A DNA stretch of 63,833 bases, the filler included, from Octopus bimaculoides (lineage: Eukaryota): NCBI RefSeq assembly GCF_001194135.2. It is 8 parts of 6 records of this genome, joined end to end, with 100 filler letters (N's around TTAATTAATTAA, not from the genome) between each part and the next. Parts side by side here need not be neighbours in the genome. Positions count along the whole stretch, not along the records: positions 58,936 to 62,622 come from NC_068990.1; positions 62,723 to 63,833 come from NC_068985.1; 6 more parts are not named here. The stretch is one strand, 5' to 3'. A model generated the notes under the pieces. It was not told where the DNA came from and did not search any database. It saw nothing but the letters and a program-made list of their open reading frames with translations. Positions 61,887-63,833 of this stretch are shown here, in pieces. How positions within the stretch are numbered: position 1 is the first letter of the stretch; every line of letters begins with the position of its first letter. A program made the position numbers and the translations under genes.

Positions 61887-62104
61887 TATCTATGGTTGTA
61901 GGTATGGGTGTATACACACACGAACGTGTATGTGTGCGTGTGTGTGTGAATGTGTTTGTAGAGATGATATTCCTGTGCGCGAGGCTACGTGCGTATGTAT
62001 TTCTGTGTCTGTGTGTCGGCGCCTATCCTCTGTGTCTCATTTTACATTTATACATATGAGAGTGTATATTTAGATTTTGTGTGCAGATATGAGTGCATGA
62101 ATGT

Positions 62105-62143
<39 letters not shown>

Positions 62144-62763
62144 TCTTTATTATCTATATGTGTTTTCTTTATTTTTTGTTTTTACACCTCAATTGAAAGA
62201 TAGGAAAAGATACGAAAAATGATAGATATATAAGTTCGTCCACCATTGCTGCTAAGCATATATGAATATAGATTAACATATACAAACACACACACATACA
62301 ATCATACTGTCAAACATGCATACACACATACACACAAATATATAAATGTACGTATGAATATCTATATATACATATATGTGTTTATATATAATCATAACTA
62401 TTCTTCAATACATCCATCCATACATACATACATACATACATACATACACATAAGATATATGCTTACATATATACATACATAGACATATAAATACCAATAT
62501 AAAAACAGGTGTAGACATTTTCCCATTTTATACACGAGGTCTTGTATATTCATCCACCCGTTTATACATACATGTATATATGTATGCATATGTGTGTGTA
62601 TTTATATATATATATATATATANNNNNNNNNNNNNNNNNNNNNNNNNNNNNNNNNNNNNNNNNNNNTTAATTAATTAANNNNNNNNNNNNNNNNNNNNNN
62701 NNNNNNNNNNNNNNNNNNNNNNTATATATATATATGTGTGTGTGTACGTATGTTTGTATATAC

Positions 62764-62813
<50 letters not shown>

Positions 62814-63039
62814 GCTTAAGTATTTGAGTGCATGTGTGTGGTTTTGAAGCTGTTGAGGCATTCCTGATTGATAGGCCTCAGCAATATGTCACGTGTGGTT
62901 CGTAGTATGAGGAATTATATTTTATAAAATTTGGTTTATAGTGCCGTTCGGCCACGCGTATGCTCAAGATTGCATGCATGCGTAGGTGGGTTTTGTTTCA
63001 ATTTTGACACTCTTGTGCACGCCATGATTAAGAATTTCA

Positions 63040-63352
63040 CCTAGCAATCACGTAGTTATGGATTCTGTCCCTCGACACTGTTTCTTGGTCAAATGTCTTG
63101 TACAATAGCCGCCGGTGGACCATTTAGTGGATGGAAACTATGTGGAGGCCCGCTATGTATATTCACGTATGTACATGTATGTATGTGTGTGCGTTTGATA
63201 TTTGTTTTCCAGCACCACAGCCTGACAGGAAATCCACTGTTGGTTAGTTTGTGTCTCCACAACTTAGCAGTTCAACAAAAGACACAATCGTATATGTAAG
63301 CTCTTCGAGACAATGCCCCAGCATGGTAGCAGTCCACTGGCTGAAACAAGTA
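63040..63352 (+). mobile_element. SINE family B, highly diverged
   Basis: Residual GGAAACT...GAGGCCCG and CCAGCATGG..GCAGTCCACTGGCTGAAACAAGTA. Confidence 0.6.
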
Positions 63353-63393
63353 TGAGCTAACCGTCTTATATGTGTGTGTATACATATATATAT

Positions 63394-63833
63394 GGTACGC
63401 CAGTTCGCTTAGAAGGGCCCTAGAAAAACTTAAGCTAAGAATTAAGGTTGTTGAAAGGCCAAGCAACCCTATCAAATTCATTATCAGTAGAACCTACCCT
63501 TTTAGTAGAATCCCCTGCACTGATAGGAACTGTACTGTATGTAGATTTAGCCCACAAACAAACTGTAAAGCCAGAAATGTGGTCTATAGTATAAGATGTA
63601 CAGAGGGACGATGCAGTAACAAGACAATGACATATGTAGGGGAAACAGCACGGAGCATAGGAGAGCGGGTAAATGAAACATTGGAGGGAACTTAAGGAAG
63701 AGAAGAGCTCATCAGTTCTGTACCAGCACGCTGAGCCGGAACACGGAGGCTCACTCAACAACATAGAAATTAAAATCTTGTCCACACATAGAACAGACGC
63801 AGCACTTAGACAAATTACAGAAGCTACACACAT
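63394..63833 (+). pseudogene. Penelope-like (Neptune-type) retroelement linker plus GIY-YIG endonuclease, one frameshift, truncated by the window end
   Basis: KVVERPSNPIKFIISRTYPFSRIPCTDRNCTVCRFSPQTNCKARNVVYSIRCTEGRCSNKTMTYVGETARSIGERVNE (+1 A at 63676-63678) HWRELKEEKSSSVLYQHAEPEHGG...IKILSTHRTDAALRQITEATH. Confidence 0.9.

Overview
This is eukaryotic, AT-rich, repeat-saturated genomic DNA from a gapped draft scaffold. About 8.6 kb is N, including seven artificial 100-bp spacers of the form N44-TTAATTAATTAA-N44. The SINE families and microsatellite load resemble octopus (coleoid cephalopod) DNA; that assignment is from recall and was not checked. No intact protein-coding gene, rRNA, tRNA or CRISPR array can be supported, and nearly all long ORFs in the track are artefacts of N-runs or simple repeats. 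The window contains: more than 35 copies or fragments of at least three tRNA-derived SINE families; decayed Tc1/mariner transposases (one with DD36E spacing, two maT/DD37D-like); a hAT-type MITE with a target-site duplication; RTE and R4/Dong-like LINE 3' ends; and a Penelope-like (Neptune-type) GIY-YIG endonuclease fragment. The most interesting signals are two minimal hammerhead-ribozyme motifs of the Penelope dimer type (39162-39198, 45562-45607), a local ~280-bp tandem unit whose Pol III B-box is identical between otherwise diverged copies (10757-11100, 14436-14732), and a 270-bp fold-back (341-610). A few low-confidence exon candidates suggest the window may lie inside a large-intron gene.
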